Shown here piece after piece: positions 1 to 9,937 of a stretch of 64,000 nt of DNA (positions are counted from its first letter, which is position 1; every line of letters starts with the position of its first letter). Source of the stretch: Desulfobacterales bacterium (GTDB lineage Bacteria > Desulfobacterota > Desulfobacteria > Desulfobacterales > UBA5852); assembly GCA_963674755.2 (NCBI GenBank), contig CAXXVS010000001.1, forward strand, positions 832,001 through 896,000. The letters are read 5' to 3'. The position numbers and the translations under genes are program-made. The notes under the pieces are model-generated. The model was not told the origin of the DNA and searched no databases. It worked only from the letters and a program-made list of their open reading frames with translations.

Positions 1-315
1 ACGATTGCGGGCTTTGACGGCCCGCACATAGGTTTTGACCGTGTCGTAGCCCCCGGAATAGCCGAGGTCTTTGATTTTCTGGAAGATCCATGTACCGCGG
101 TAATTGTCCTGCTGGAGCCAGTCATCGATCATCTGGTGGTAGGGGGAAAGGATCGATTCCTTGCGCTTGCGTTTACAGTATCGGGGCATGGTGGGATCTG
201 CCAGGTACTTGGTGACGGTGTTGCGGTGAATGCCAAGCTTCCTGGCAATGGCGCGCATCGTGAAGCCTTGGCGGTGATAGGAATGAATGTCCATGAATGC
301 CTCCCTGGTGATCAT
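1..315 (-). CDS. istA: IS21-family transposase IstA, N-terminal part (not in ORF track; runs off window)
   Basis: Manual translation MITREAFMDIHSYHRQGFTMRAIARKLGIHRNTVTKYL...SILSPYHQMIDDWL...GYSGGYDTVKTYVR shows the IstA HTH and GY.GGY..V motif; AAGGAGG RBS upstream. Confidence 0.9.
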   Translation of the reverse strand, partial: MITREAFMDIHSYHRQGFTMRAIARKLGIHRNTVTKYLADPTMPRYCKRKRKESILSPYHQMIDDWLQQDNYRGTWIFQKIKDLGYSGGYDTVKTYVRAVKARNR

Positions 316-417
316 GGCGGCGCCCTCCTTTAGCAGAGGGTCTTACCACCAATTACACCACCGGGGTGGTACACTTTTCATTCCCATTATTGGTACACTT
401 TAGCATTCCCGCCGACA
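1..417 (-). mobile_element. IS21-family insertion sequence, left end (truncated by window edge)
   Basis: Minus-strand end begins TGTCGGCGGGAATGC at 417. Two subterminal direct repeats (tggtacactt..cattccc, 367-385 and 391-410) are typical of IS21 ends. istA follows directly. Confidence 0.85.
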
Positions 418-655
418 CCCTTAGGCAATTATGATCTTTTCAATCATGATGCAAAATCCGTTTGAAAAAATTAAGCCAAAAAGATGGGTGATAAAAACGC
501 TGAAGTTCGCAGGGGCATTTTGTCACAGACACAAACAAACCTACAAAAACGGTAAATCTATTGGTTTATTGTTGATAGTTGTTAGCACAGCCCAGAAGAA
601 TGAACCCATTAATCTGGTTACACAAAAAGGGTGCAACGGACGATACGCCATGATG

Positions 656-1486
656 CTACAAATTCGCCAAAATAAGGATCAAATGTTCTGCAACCTTTTT
701 CCTGCATAGTTCGTTTAGATGGCCACCATCATAGGTATATTCAGGATCCATGGCATAATAAGTATTGCCTTCATATGTATAAGAAAAACGCGTACCATCC
801 GGTCGGGTCGATTCTATCAAGGCAATGTCCAGAATAGGATCCTTGCCTTCAAATCGATTTCTCAGAAGTTCGTTGTACTTATGTCGGTTCATGTTCTCTA
901 TGGCCCCGTATACCGGACGACCAATAATTTTCTTTATCCAGGCTTTTGGACCTGTTTGAAGTGTCGTTAAAGGAGATGTGAAGTGAATGATTTTAAGTTT
1001 GGGATAAGCCTTCCTGATATTTTCTATACTATTTACATAGCTTGAAAAAAGCGCTTCAGGGTCCGTATCTTTATCGATATCGACATAACAGAACTTTAAA
1101 AATACTGCGTCAGCTCTTGTTCCGACACCGCTCTGAATAATATTTAAAAAATCATTTATTTTGGATTCTGGGCGCATATTTTGGCCAATAGGAGAATGCA
1201 ACAAAGAGCCGGGTTGGATGGATGCAGCATCTTTTCCTTCAATGATTTTAAGTTTGATATTTGGGTGTTCACGCATGATATCGCGGACACCATCAAGAAT
1301 ATTGTATCCTACTGACTGGTGTCCGAAAAAAAATACTTTTTCTGAAAGTTTTTGCCACTTGCTATCGGGAATATCTTTAAGGTTATAGTAAATTTTTTTT
1401 TCTTCCATTTTACCTCCGGAACATGAAACCATAATGAGCAAAATAAAAAATATGTAAAATAAATTTAAAAAAATACGATTATACAT
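656..1486 (-). CDS. Putative lipoprotein with SGNH/GDSL-like hydrolase fold
   Basis: Hydrophobic N-terminus ending MVSC (lipobox-like); FFGHQSVG block-I-like motif and C-terminal DGGHLN (DxxH). Confidence 0.6.
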   Translation of the reverse strand: MYNRIFLNLFYIFFILLIMVSCSGGKMEEKKIYYNLKDIPDSKWQKLSEKVFFFGHQSVGYNILDGVRDIMREHPNIKLKIIEGKDAASIQPGSLLHSPIGQNMRPESKINDFLNIIQSGVGTRADAVFLKFCYVDIDKDTDPEALFSSYVNSIENIRKAYPKLKIIHFTSPLTTLQTGPKAWIKKIIGRPVYGAIENMNRHKYNELLRNRFEGKDPILDIALIESTRPDGTRFSYTYEGNTYYAMDPEYTYDGGHLNELCRKKVAEHLILILANL

Positions 1487-1633
1487 ATTTCACCTCAATT
1501 CGTGACAGATGTGAGTTTATGAGACCTTTGCGTAACTCAGATGAGGTTTTCAGCATCACTTGCTATAGCCGCCAAGGCCTACATTTTACAAAGTACGCTT
1601 TAACCGGATGAACCTTATTTTTGTAGATAGCCC

Positions 1634-2581
1634 TTAGAAATTTAAACCATTTCTAATTTGGGATAGAAATTCATCATAATCTCGGATGTAATCATCGGGG
1701 TTATATGTATCAGATGCAAGTACAAGCAAAACTGCGTCTTCAGTATATTTATATTGGATGCCCCAAACCATAGGAGGTAAGTGAACCCCAATATTTGGTT
1801 TATTTAATAAGATTTCTTGACTTATGCGTCCGTTATCAACCACAATCGAACAAGATCCTTTTACGCAAACTATAAACTGGTGCAAAGTTTTGTGCGCATG
1901 CTCACCCCTAATTTCCTTGTTCGCGACATCAAAAACAAGAAAATATCTTTTAGGAACAAAAGGCAAAAATTGTCCATATTCTGCAAAAGAAAGGCTGCCT
2001 CTCATATCGGTAATGAATGGTAAAAAGTAGACTGCGACACCATCAACATCCGAGTTAATAGTTTTTATTGTGGGGTCATTAGGAAAATCGAGCTTTGGTG
2101 AAGTTTTTGAAGGCTTTTGTGAAACATAACCGCTTATATAGGCTGGATTGCCGACAGCAATCGCGTTAGGAGGCACATCCTTTGTGACAACTGCTCCTGC
2201 GCCTATCATAGAATGTCTACCGATACTTATGCCCGGCAAAATTGTTGCATTTGCGCCAATTGAGGCACCCTTCTTAATATGTGTTTTTAAAGGAGAGTCT
2301 AAAAAATGTTTGCTTCGAGGAAATAAATCATTGGTGAATGTAACGTTTGGACCGATAAAAACATCATCATCAATTTTAACGCCATCCCAAAGTTGTACTC
2401 CTGATTTAATAGTAACGCGATCACCTATTGAAACATTATTTTCGATAAAAACGTGATCACAAATATTGCAATCAGAACCTATATTAGCTCCTGGAAGAAT
2501 ATGAACAAAAGCCCAAATTCGTGTGTTATCACCAATTTTATCGGATTCAACAATTGAATTCGGATGTTTAAAAAAATTCAT
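1634..2581 (-). CDS. wxcM: Bifunctional WxcM-like N-acetyltransferase (hexapeptide repeats) / FdtA-type dTDP-sugar 3,4-ketoisomerase (cupin)
   Basis: N-terminal IGxxCNICDH / IGPNVTFTND hexapeptide domain; C-terminal DMRGSL, RGEHAH and YIRDYDEF FdtA motifs. Confidence 0.88.
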   Translation of the reverse strand: MNFFKHPNSIVESDKIGDNTRIWAFVHILPGANIGSDCNICDHVFIENNVSIGDRVTIKSGVQLWDGVKIDDDVFIGPNVTFTNDLFPRSKHFLDSPLKTHIKKGASIGANATILPGISIGRHSMIGAGAVVTKDVPPNAIAVGNPAYISGYVSQKPSKTSPKLDFPNDPTIKTINSDVDGVAVYFLPFITDMRGSLSFAEYGQFLPFVPKRYFLVFDVANKEIRGEHAHKTLHQFIVCVKGSCSIVVDNGRISQEILLNKPNIGVHLPPMVWGIQYKYTEDAVLLVLASDTYNPDDYIRDYDEFLSQIRNGLNF

Positions 2582-2620
2582 TTGACCCCCAAAAATAAAT
2601 GGATAGGAAGAAGAAATATA

Positions 2621-2891
2621 GTAAGCGTTTACAGGGGTATCGTGGAGTGTATAGAACCGATAACAGCCTGAAAGAAAATATATTTACACACATCACAACC
2701 TGTTGAAATTGTTCTGAAGAAACTATACTTTTATTAACCGCAATGTTAGGCTGACCCGCATGAAGCTTAGTAGACCTGTCTCGGACTTACACTGGCAGAT
2801 GACGCCAAGGCCGGTACGCGACTATATCCGGGATCTGGAAGCCTCCTTGGCTAAACTGCAACGGCAGCTAAAACAATGTCTACCAAGGTGA
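2621..2891 (+). pseudogene. IS66-family remnant: terminal repeat plus truncated transposase N-terminus (2760-2891)
   Basis: GTAAGCGTTTAC end at 2621; 43-aa ORF MKLSRPVSDLHWQMTPRPVRDYIRDLEASLAKLQRQL resembles the W..TP..VR.YI..LE coiled-coil start of IS66 transposases. Confidence 0.6.
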
Positions 2892-3041
2892 CGACTTCGT
2901 AGTGTCGTTTGAATATCGGCTGCCATCAGGGGGTGAATCTTAAACCAGGGTAAACGATCAACTGAAACAATTTACCATTAACCGCGGGTCAACGATCACG
3001 TGAAACTTGCCATATAGTTTTTAATGATTAAAAAATAATAT

Positions 3042-3671
3042 TTATATGATTTTAACGGCTCTACCAGGATTTCCAACAATAACACTATTTTTAGGGAATT
3101 TTCTTCTTTTTATAACCGATCCCATGCCAACAACCGAATTCTCACCAATAACAATATCAGGTCCTACTAAAACATTAGATCCGATCATTACATTATTTTC
3201 AATCTTAATAAAACGACCTTCTCCTTCTATATCAGATCCAGTATGCCGATGAAGGGGGTCAATGCTATGCATATCAGAATCAATGAATTCAGTATTATGG
3301 CCAGACATGGTTTTGTCTCCAATATTAATGTCTCTAACGATAACGAATTGGTTGTTATTTGAAAGTATACAATTGTTACCAATTGTTAGTTTTGAGGAAT
3401 TATATCTAGTGGATATCAGAATATAATGTTTTTTAAAAAATGGAGCAAATGGATACCCAAATGTAACATTATCCCCTATAAAGACTTTGCCAGGCCCATT
3501 TATCACGACTTTCTGATTAATGCGAAGATTTCTACCAGATTCAACATTTTTTAATATTCTTACATATTTCAATTTAAATAGAAAGGTGTGAATAGAGCTT
3601 TCAGCTTTAATAATTTTATAACTAATTTTTGTTATGACTTTTTTTACGTATTTAATAGGTGAGTATTTCAT
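3042..3671 (-). CDS. Hexapeptide-repeat O-acyltransferase
   Basis: IGDNV/IGNNC repeats, DSDMH, IGENSVVGMGSVI, GNPGRAVK. Confidence 0.85.
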   Translation of the reverse strand: MKYSPIKYVKKVITKISYKIIKAESSIHTFLFKLKYVRILKNVESGRNLRINQKVVINGPGKVFIGDNVTFGYPFAPFFKKHYILISTRYNSSKLTIGNNCILSNNNQFVIVRDINIGDKTMSGHNTEFIDSDMHSIDPLHRHTGSDIEGEGRFIKIENNVMIGSNVLVGPDIVIGENSVVGMGSVIKRRKFPKNSVIVGNPGRAVKII

Positions 3672-3785
3672 TTTTAATAACCTGTGTACAGACTTAATTT
3701 AGTTATAATATTTCATGGAGTAAAAGTCTTTACAAAAAAAGCCATTTAATAACTATGCATTCTTTGTCTTAGTTATTATGTATTG

Positions 3786-5288
3786 TTATTTGCGTTTAAG
3801 ATTCAGGTAAGAAGAAATTTTATTAAAAATATTATTGATATCAATATATTCTTTTAAATGCCAAATTGAATATACACATCCAGAAAATAGAAAAATAACA
3901 TTTGCGAAATAAACAATAGGAAAAGTTAAATATTTTACGGAAAAGAATGCTGATAAAACAAGAACACAAAAAATTATTATATGTTTTAAATTGGATGATG
4001 ACCATAAAAACTTACAGTATTTAAAAGCCATTAAAAATAAAATTATAGAGGATATGAGATGGGATAAAAAATAAGAAATACCTATTGCCTCTAAATTAAA
4101 GTGATGCCAACCGAGTAATGCTATAGCTATAAAAATTAAATTAAAAAAAGATTCGCATAATATAAATATGCCACCCATAGATTTTGACAAAAAAATGTAA
4201 CCTATCGGCCAAGAAATCAACTGTAAATATGTTCCGAGAAACATCCATTGTGAAAGAGTAATTGTCTCGTTAAATTCTCCTGAAAATAGCAGGTTTACTA
4301 TAATTATAGAAAAAGATATCATTCCTATAACTAGCGGACTTGCAAGAAGTAAGGCAATTTCAGTTTGCTCGTTAACAAGTTTAACTATTCTTTTGTTATC
4401 ATTATTTACTGCACACAATCTAGGAAAATAATCAGCAGCCATAGCGCCTAGAACAGCCGAAAGATACATTGCAGATAGGCTATACGCTGCTTGAAATTGT
4501 CCCGCGTATTCAATACTTGAATTTTGTATAATGAATGTCCTAATATAAAACATCGTTAGCGTACTGATTATGCCGGCAGAAACCATAAGAAATCCAAGGC
4601 GAATCATACCAATACCGCCTAAAAAAAATTCTTTAAAATTAATTTTAATTCGAAGTTTATTCACCTTTTTATAATACCAGTTTGTATAAATAAGAACAAT
4701 TAATGAAGATAATATGAAAACTGGTACTATTCCTTTTAGGCCAAATATCCAATAAAGAGGAATGGCAAAAATAAAACTAGTTAACAACCCAAATACATTC
4801 GCTTTTGCCATCAACTGAATCTTACGTAGCCCCTGGAGCGTGGCTAATTGACCATCAGATAAGGAAACTAAAAGCAAAACAGAAGAAAGAATTGCGATAC
4901 TATTAGCGAAATTCTCATTACCAAAGGCATATCGACTTATGAACTTACTGAAAAATATCGTTAAAAACATTCCCAGAAGGCCTGTAAACCAAACCCATCT
5001 ATTTAATATAGTAATTGTTCTTGAGATTTTGGTTAAATCTCCTGTGCCCGACGCTTCTGCGATATCGCGGACAGAACTAATTGAAAGACCGAATCCGGTT
5101 GCATTACGCATTAAATCAATAAAAGATTGGTAAATGCCAATAAAACCAACGCCGGTAGGGCCCAGAAGAATAGCAATGATCTTATTTCTTAAAATGCGTA
5201 TTATAATTTCAAAGACCTTGGCACCACCAAAGATACTTGTCGCTTTAAGGATTTGTTTGTGAGAGCTGTTATTATTTTTAACTTTCAT
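3786..5288 (-). CDS. wzx: Wzx polysaccharide flippase (MOP/MATE superfamily)
   Basis: ~500 aa with many TM segments; ILKATSIFGG, AILLGPTGVG and DYFPRL motifs of O-antigen translocases; ATG at 5288 preferred to TTG at 5303. Confidence 0.9.
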   Translation of the reverse strand: MKVKNNNSSHKQILKATSIFGGAKVFEIIIRILRNKIIAILLGPTGVGFIGIYQSFIDLMRNATGFGLSISSVRDIAEASGTGDLTKISRTITILNRWVWFTGLLGMFLTIFFSKFISRYAFGNENFANSIAILSSVLLLVSLSDGQLATLQGLRKIQLMAKANVFGLLTSFIFAIPLYWIFGLKGIVPVFILSSLIVLIYTNWYYKKVNKLRIKINFKEFFLGGIGMIRLGFLMVSAGIISTLTMFYIRTFIIQNSSIEYAGQFQAAYSLSAMYLSAVLGAMAADYFPRLCAVNNDNKRIVKLVNEQTEIALLLASPLVIGMISFSIIIVNLLFSGEFNETITLSQWMFLGTYLQLISWPIGYIFLSKSMGGIFILCESFFNLIFIAIALLGWHHFNLEAIGISYFLSHLISSIILFLMAFKYCKFLWSSSNLKHIIIFCVLVLSAFFSVKYLTFPIVYFANVIFLFSGCVYSIWHLKEYIDINNIFNKISSYLNLKRK

Positions 5289-5408
5289 TACAAATCGTTT
5301 CAAAAAAGTTCGATGTAAAATTATTTTTCAAGCAAGCTTAACCATTCCGAGGAAATTTTCAGTATGATATTCATACCGAACCACGATACGCCTGAAATTC
5401 TATCTTTT

Positions 5409-5550
5409 TTTAGTCACGGACCCACACGGACCACAGCAGACGACCACAGACTTTTGTCTGGGCGACTTGCTCGTACAAAATCAGTCGGTCCTACGGGCAA
5501 GAATACAGTGTGCGTTGGAATGTCTGCGAGTGTCCGTGTGTGTGGCTAAA
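5409..5550. repeat. GC-rich imperfect palindromic element (tttagtcacggacccacacggac ... gtccgtgtgtgtggctaaa)
   Basis: Inverted arms built from short ACACGGAC/CACAGAC units, within AT-rich intergenic DNA. Confidence 0.6.
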
Positions 5551-5606
5551 TATAGCTTTCCAGTTGTTCGTTCTCTAATTAATATTTTTAAACGAATAAA
5601 CTGAGC

Positions 5607-6710
5607 TTATGATAAATCTTTTTTAATAGAATCAATAACTCTGTCTGCCTGTTCTATTGTCAAATGTGGCCCAATCGGTATGCTTAGTACGGTTGAAGCA
5701 ATGTTTTCAGCGATTGGGAGATTGAAATGCTTTGGAAAAACTTTACTATAGGCTTTGCTTTTATGAGGTGGAATTGGATAATGAATTAAAGTTCCAATTC
5801 CATCTTTTTCCAACTTGTTTTGGAGATTATCTCTGTCAGTATGCCTTAATACGAACAAGTGCCATACTGGGTCACAGTAATCGGGAAAATGAGGCAAAAA
5901 CAAATCACGGAAATTGCCTAGTTCTTTTAGATATAGATTCGCTATATTCTTTCTGATTTGATTCCATTTATCAAGCTTGGACAATTTGACGCGTAAGAAA
6001 CCAGCCTGAAGTTCATCTAAACGAGAATTGAATCCTATAATTTCATTGTAGTATTTTTTGTTCGAACCGTAGTTCCTTAAGGTTCGAACACGACGGGCAA
6101 GATCTGAATCGTTTGTTGTTATAGCGCCACCATCACCAAAAGCACCCAAATTTTTACCGGGATAGAAACTAAAACCTGCAGCATCACCAAGGCTGCCAGT
6201 GCGATGTTGCTTATAGAGTGCACCATGAGCCTGCGCAGCGTCTTCAATTACTTTTAGTTTGTAATGATTCGCAACTTCAATGATAGGATCCATATCAGCT
6301 GGTTGACCATATAAATGGACTGGTAGGATGGCTTTAGTGCGGGAAGTTATCGATTGCTCAATCAGATTCGGATCGAGATTGTAGGTTTTTTGATTTGGTT
6401 CAACCGGAACAGGGGTTGCCCCCGTATATGTTATGGCAAGCCAAGTAGCAATGTAAGTATTTGAAGGTACGATAACTTCGTCGCCATTGCCTATTCCATA
6501 AGCTCGGAGGATCAGGTGGAGCGCATCTAAGCCATTCCCGACCCCGACACAGTAATTAACGCCACAATATTCTGCAAACTCCTTTTCAAAAGATTCAACC
6601 TCTGAACCGAGAATAAACCATCCGGAATCCATAACGCGTTTATAAGTTTTGTCTAATTCAGACTTGAGCTCATAATATGTTTTTCTTAAATCCAAGAAAG
6701 GTATTTTCAT
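5607..6710 (-). CDS. fdtB: DegT/DnrJ/EryC1/StrS PLP aminotransferase (FdtB-like)
   Basis: [24 protein letters not shown] (PLP Lys), NSRLDELQA; same locus as wxcM. Confidence 0.88.
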   Translation of the reverse strand: MKIPFLDLRKTYYELKSELDKTYKRVMDSGWFILGSEVESFEKEFAEYCGVNYCVGVGNGLDALHLILRAYGIGNGDEVIVPSNTYIATWLAITYTGATPVPVEPNQKTYNLDPNLIEQSITSRTKAILPVHLYGQPADMDPIIEVANHYKLKVIEDAAQAHGALYKQHRTGSLGDAAGFSFYPGKNLGAFGDGGAITTNDSDLARRVRTLRNYGSNKKYYNEIIGFNSRLDELQAGFLRVKLSKLDKWNQIRKNIANLYLKELGNFRDLFLPHFPDYCDPVWHLFVLRHTDRDNLQNKLEKDGIGTLIHYPIPPHKSKAYSKVFPKHFNLPIAENIASTVLSIPIGPHLTIEQADRVIDSIKKDLS

Positions 6711-6769
6711 TACAAATCAGTCTCCTTAACATAATTACCAAAAATTCTAATTTAATCATCAGGTAAAAA

Positions 6770-7000
6770 TTTCATTATTTTGATTTTGTTGTTGGTTCCT
6801 TTAAAAGGACCGATAGAGATGGGACAATAATACCACGACAGTATACCGGTGCTGTATACTATCGTGGTATGTGCAAAACGGGACAGGATAGGACTATTTG
6901 ATGAGCCGGACCGAAATATATCCAATCCAGCAGGAATTCCTCAGTTGCTTTTTTCGACGACTGATTCCACAATTGTTTCAGGTCTTCCTTCATATATGCC
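6770..7000 (-). pseudogene. Degraded ISL3-family transposase fragment
   Basis: Minus strand reads AYMKEDLKQLWNQSSKKATEEFLLDWI, then after a frameshift PILSRFAHT..YSTGILSWYYCPISIGPFKGTNNKIKIMK, matching the ISL3 C-terminal catalytic region (IS.GP.EG.NNKIK). Confidence 0.75.
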
Positions 7001-7104
7001 CAAACTTTGGGGGCCACCGCCCGTTTCATTGCTTATATCACCATTCAGGCTGTCTCTCTTTTCAAGGCAATTAAATTTATTGTTACCCTGACTAGGATCC
7101 GAAA

Positions 7105-8064
7105 TCAGTGATAGCCAATCAAGTTTCTAATCAATATTTTAAGAGTCTCTTTTATTCCAATATGTTTTGCTATCTTCATAGAAATTTTTATAACATCCAG
7201 CTTTCTTGCATCAAATACTCGAAACTGCATTTCTCTGATGTAAACCAGCCTACTTAACTCTGATAATGTTTGACTACCATTTAACTTGTTTCTAATTTTA
7301 TATGCTTTGAACCACTCTTTTGCAATACCGTATCGATTACGAGCCCCTTCGCGCCTAAGATTCCTTCTTGTCTTAGAGGCAACTTCATTTTTAACGTTTT
7401 TATGCGTCTCATAAAGCGACTGGCCATGTTTTCTACGGAGAACTAATGGTTCATCTAAAACTGCGATACCATCTTCAAGCCATGCTCGAAAAGAGAACAC
7501 CCAATCTTCAGCAATAACGTCTGGATCAAGTGGGCCGTATTTATCATACAGTTTTCTATTATAGGAAGCACAAGCACCAGTTGCACCACACATCCATTTC
7601 GTGACATCAGTTGAAACGTCCGGCAAAAATGCTACATCTTTTTCGATGACACCAGTTTTCTTACCATTTTCATCAATTTCAACAAAACTTGAAACAGCTA
7701 AATCTACAGGTTGGATTTTGTTCTCCAATCTTTTGACTAATTTCTGTACTCTATCTTTGAAAAAAATATCGTCACCGGCACCTGCAATTATATATTTCCC
7801 ACTGGAAAGTTTCCAAGCAATATTCATATTTTCGGCGAGCCCCATATTTTTCTGATTTTTGTTTAAGATAATACTATGGGGTCCGTTATATTTTTCAATT
7901 TCATCCTTAATTATTTCAAAAGTATTATCAGAAGAAAAATCATCGGAAATGATTATCTCTAGTGGTTGATACTGTTGCTCAAAAACGCTATGCAAACAAT
8001 CTCGAATATACTTCTCTTGATTGTAAGATAGAATTAAAAAACTAGCTATTGGTTTGCAGTCCAC
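7105..8064 (-). CDS. GT2-family glycosyltransferase
   Basis: SYNQEKYI, EIIISDDFSSD, AGDD, AED motifs. Confidence 0.9.
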   Translation of the reverse strand: MDCKPIASFLILSYNQEKYIRDCLHSVFEQQYQPLEIIISDDFSSDNTFEIIKDEIEKYNGPHSIILNKNQKNMGLAENMNIAWKLSSGKYIIAGAGDDIFFKDRVQKLVKRLENKIQPVDLAVSSFVEIDENGKKTGVIEKDVAFLPDVSTDVTKWMCGATGACASYNRKLYDKYGPLDPDVIAEDWVFSFRAWLEDGIAVLDEPLVLRRKHGQSLYETHKNVKNEVASKTRRNLRREGARNRYGIAKEWFKAYKIRNKLNGSQTLSELSRLVYIREMQFRVFDARKLDVIKISMKIAKHIGIKETLKILIRNLIGYH

Positions 8065-8134
8065 AAAACTCTCCTCTTGAAATATTTTTCATCGTTGCCT
8101 ATACAAAGTAACCGATTCCAATACAGGATTGACA

Positions 8135-8581
8135 TTAGTCTAATCTACAACCACCAAGTTCACCTTTTACCATTTTTATATCCCTTTTAATTATTTTTGC
8201 TGGATTTCCAGAAACAATGACGTTTGAAGGAACATCTTTCGTTACAACTGATCCGGCACCAATAACAACATTATCCCCAATTGTAACTCCTGGTAATATA
8301 ATAGCGCTAGTCCCTATAAATACTCTATTGCCAATTTTTGTATTAAAATTTGAGTTATATTTACACCTAACCATGTCATGTGCCAATATTGTGACCCCAA
8401 AAGTGATGTAGCAGTCTTTTCCGATATAAATTCCCTTTGGATTCGTAAAATCCAATTTTACTCTAGTAGAAAGTCGACTCGACTTGTCGATATTCATACC
8501 CCAAATTTTCGTATAATAAAAATGCCTAATCGTCCAAAGGCTTTTCCCGATAAGATATCTAATTTTTATAAGTCCATTCAT
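8135..8581 (-). CDS. Hexapeptide-repeat acyltransferase
   Basis: [39 protein letters not shown]. Confidence 0.88.
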   Translation of the reverse strand: MNGLIKIRYLIGKSLWTIRHFYYTKIWGMNIDKSSRLSTRVKLDFTNPKGIYIGKDCYITFGVTILAHDMVRCKYNSNFNTKIGNRVFIGTSAIILPGVTIGDNVVIGAGSVVTKDVPSNVIVSGNPAKIIKRDIKMVKGELGGCRLD

Positions 8582-8939
8582 AACAATTCCTCATTCCTAA
8601 CTAATTCTTGTAGATATCTTTAAACAGTAAGTTATATCGCTCAGAGGTCCCAATTGTTTAAACAATCTTAAAGGTATGTAAATCTTTAAACAGCGATCAT
8701 CTTTCAAACCTCTCAGTTCGAAGAGTCTATCATGTCTAGATTTAAAGAGAAATCATATTGAACTCACATGGGTTATCCGCCAATATGGTCGAAGTGCAAA
8801 ATTCCGTATGAATGTTTCATATTGACACACACTGAAGAAAAATCTACTATTTTAACGCCGAATCGTAAAAACTTAACCGTACTCACCAATAGAAGTGGTG
8901 GCTTAAAGCCAGCGTGACAATAATAGAAAGTACTCATCT

Positions 8940-9704
8940 ATGTCAGCCAGGTTAAATAAACATTATTTATTTCAAACGATTATCGCAGTCATAATAGTGT
9001 TAAGCACATCCGCAAATGTTTTTCTGATCATAAAAGTTTTTCATGATTATAAATCCATCAACCTCTTAAGACTCTACCCACTTGAGCAATATGCTTTAAA
9101 AAGTAAACCTGTTGTTGATTTTGAAAAAAGTAACTTGCCCAAAATTATATTGTTCGGCGATTCACGAATTGCCAATTGGAAACCAGTTTTGACTCTACCT
9201 GGCTACCAAATCCTGAATCGTGGTATTAGTGGACAAACAACAACTCAGTTAAGGATGCGGTTGCATAATGATGTAATCAATGCATCTCCTGAGTTGGTCA
9301 TTCTTCAGGCTGGAATCAACGATTTAAAAAATATCGGTTTATTTCCCAACCATGCAGAAGAGATAGCCTCTAATTGCAGGATGAATTTAAAATACATTAT
9401 TGACCACATCAGCGGTAAAGATATCGAAGTTGTCGTACTAACCCTTTTCCCTGTTGGAAAACCATCCTGGGTAAGATCCTGGTTTTGGTCTGAACAAATT
9501 AACGATGAACTGAAATTAACCAACGATTATTTGAAAGGAATGGGAAACTCTAAAGTTCATATTATTGATGCAGATATTATTCTAAAAAAAAAAGAATATA
9601 TTTCCCCAAAGTATGAAAAAGATATGCTTCACCTCAATCGCTTTGGGTACGAGAAATTAAATAAATTATTGGACACCTATCTGCAGAAGCTAATACTGGA
9701 ATAA
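8940..9704 (+). CDS. Membrane-anchored SGNH/GDSL hydrolase
   Basis: N-terminal TM; blocks FGDS, NRGISGQTT, QAGIND and DMLHLN. Confidence 0.88.
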   Translation: MSARLNKHYLFQTIIAVIIVLSTSANVFLIIKVFHDYKSINLLRLYPLEQYALKSKPVVDFEKSNLPKIILFGDSRIANWKPVLTLPGYQILNRGISGQTTTQLRMRLHNDVINASPELVILQAGINDLKNIGLFPNHAEEIASNCRMNLKYIIDHISGKDIEVVVLTLFPVGKPSWVRSWFWSEQINDELKLTNDYLKGMGNSKVHIIDADIILKKKEYISPKYEKDMLHLNRFGYEKLNKLLDTYLQKLILE

Positions 9705-9937
9705 AGGCTTGGCAATAAGTCAACTCAACTTTAATGATTTGATATGTGGCATAAAAAATGTAAAAAATTAGAATTTCATAAAAATATATTGCAGGGCGTA
9801 AACCTTTTAATTTATAATAATTTTGCCGAAGAACGCTAACTTTAAACTACCTTTATTTTGGCCAGCTTATTCCTTCTTTGCGGGGCAATTCCATTACTTT
9901 TCCGTCATAATTTGTAATTCTCCAAAAATTTAAACAT

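Noticed and set aside
431..655. 92-aa ORF or IS fragment next to the IS21 end
   Set aside because: No recognisable motif; overlaps the convergent lipoprotein gene
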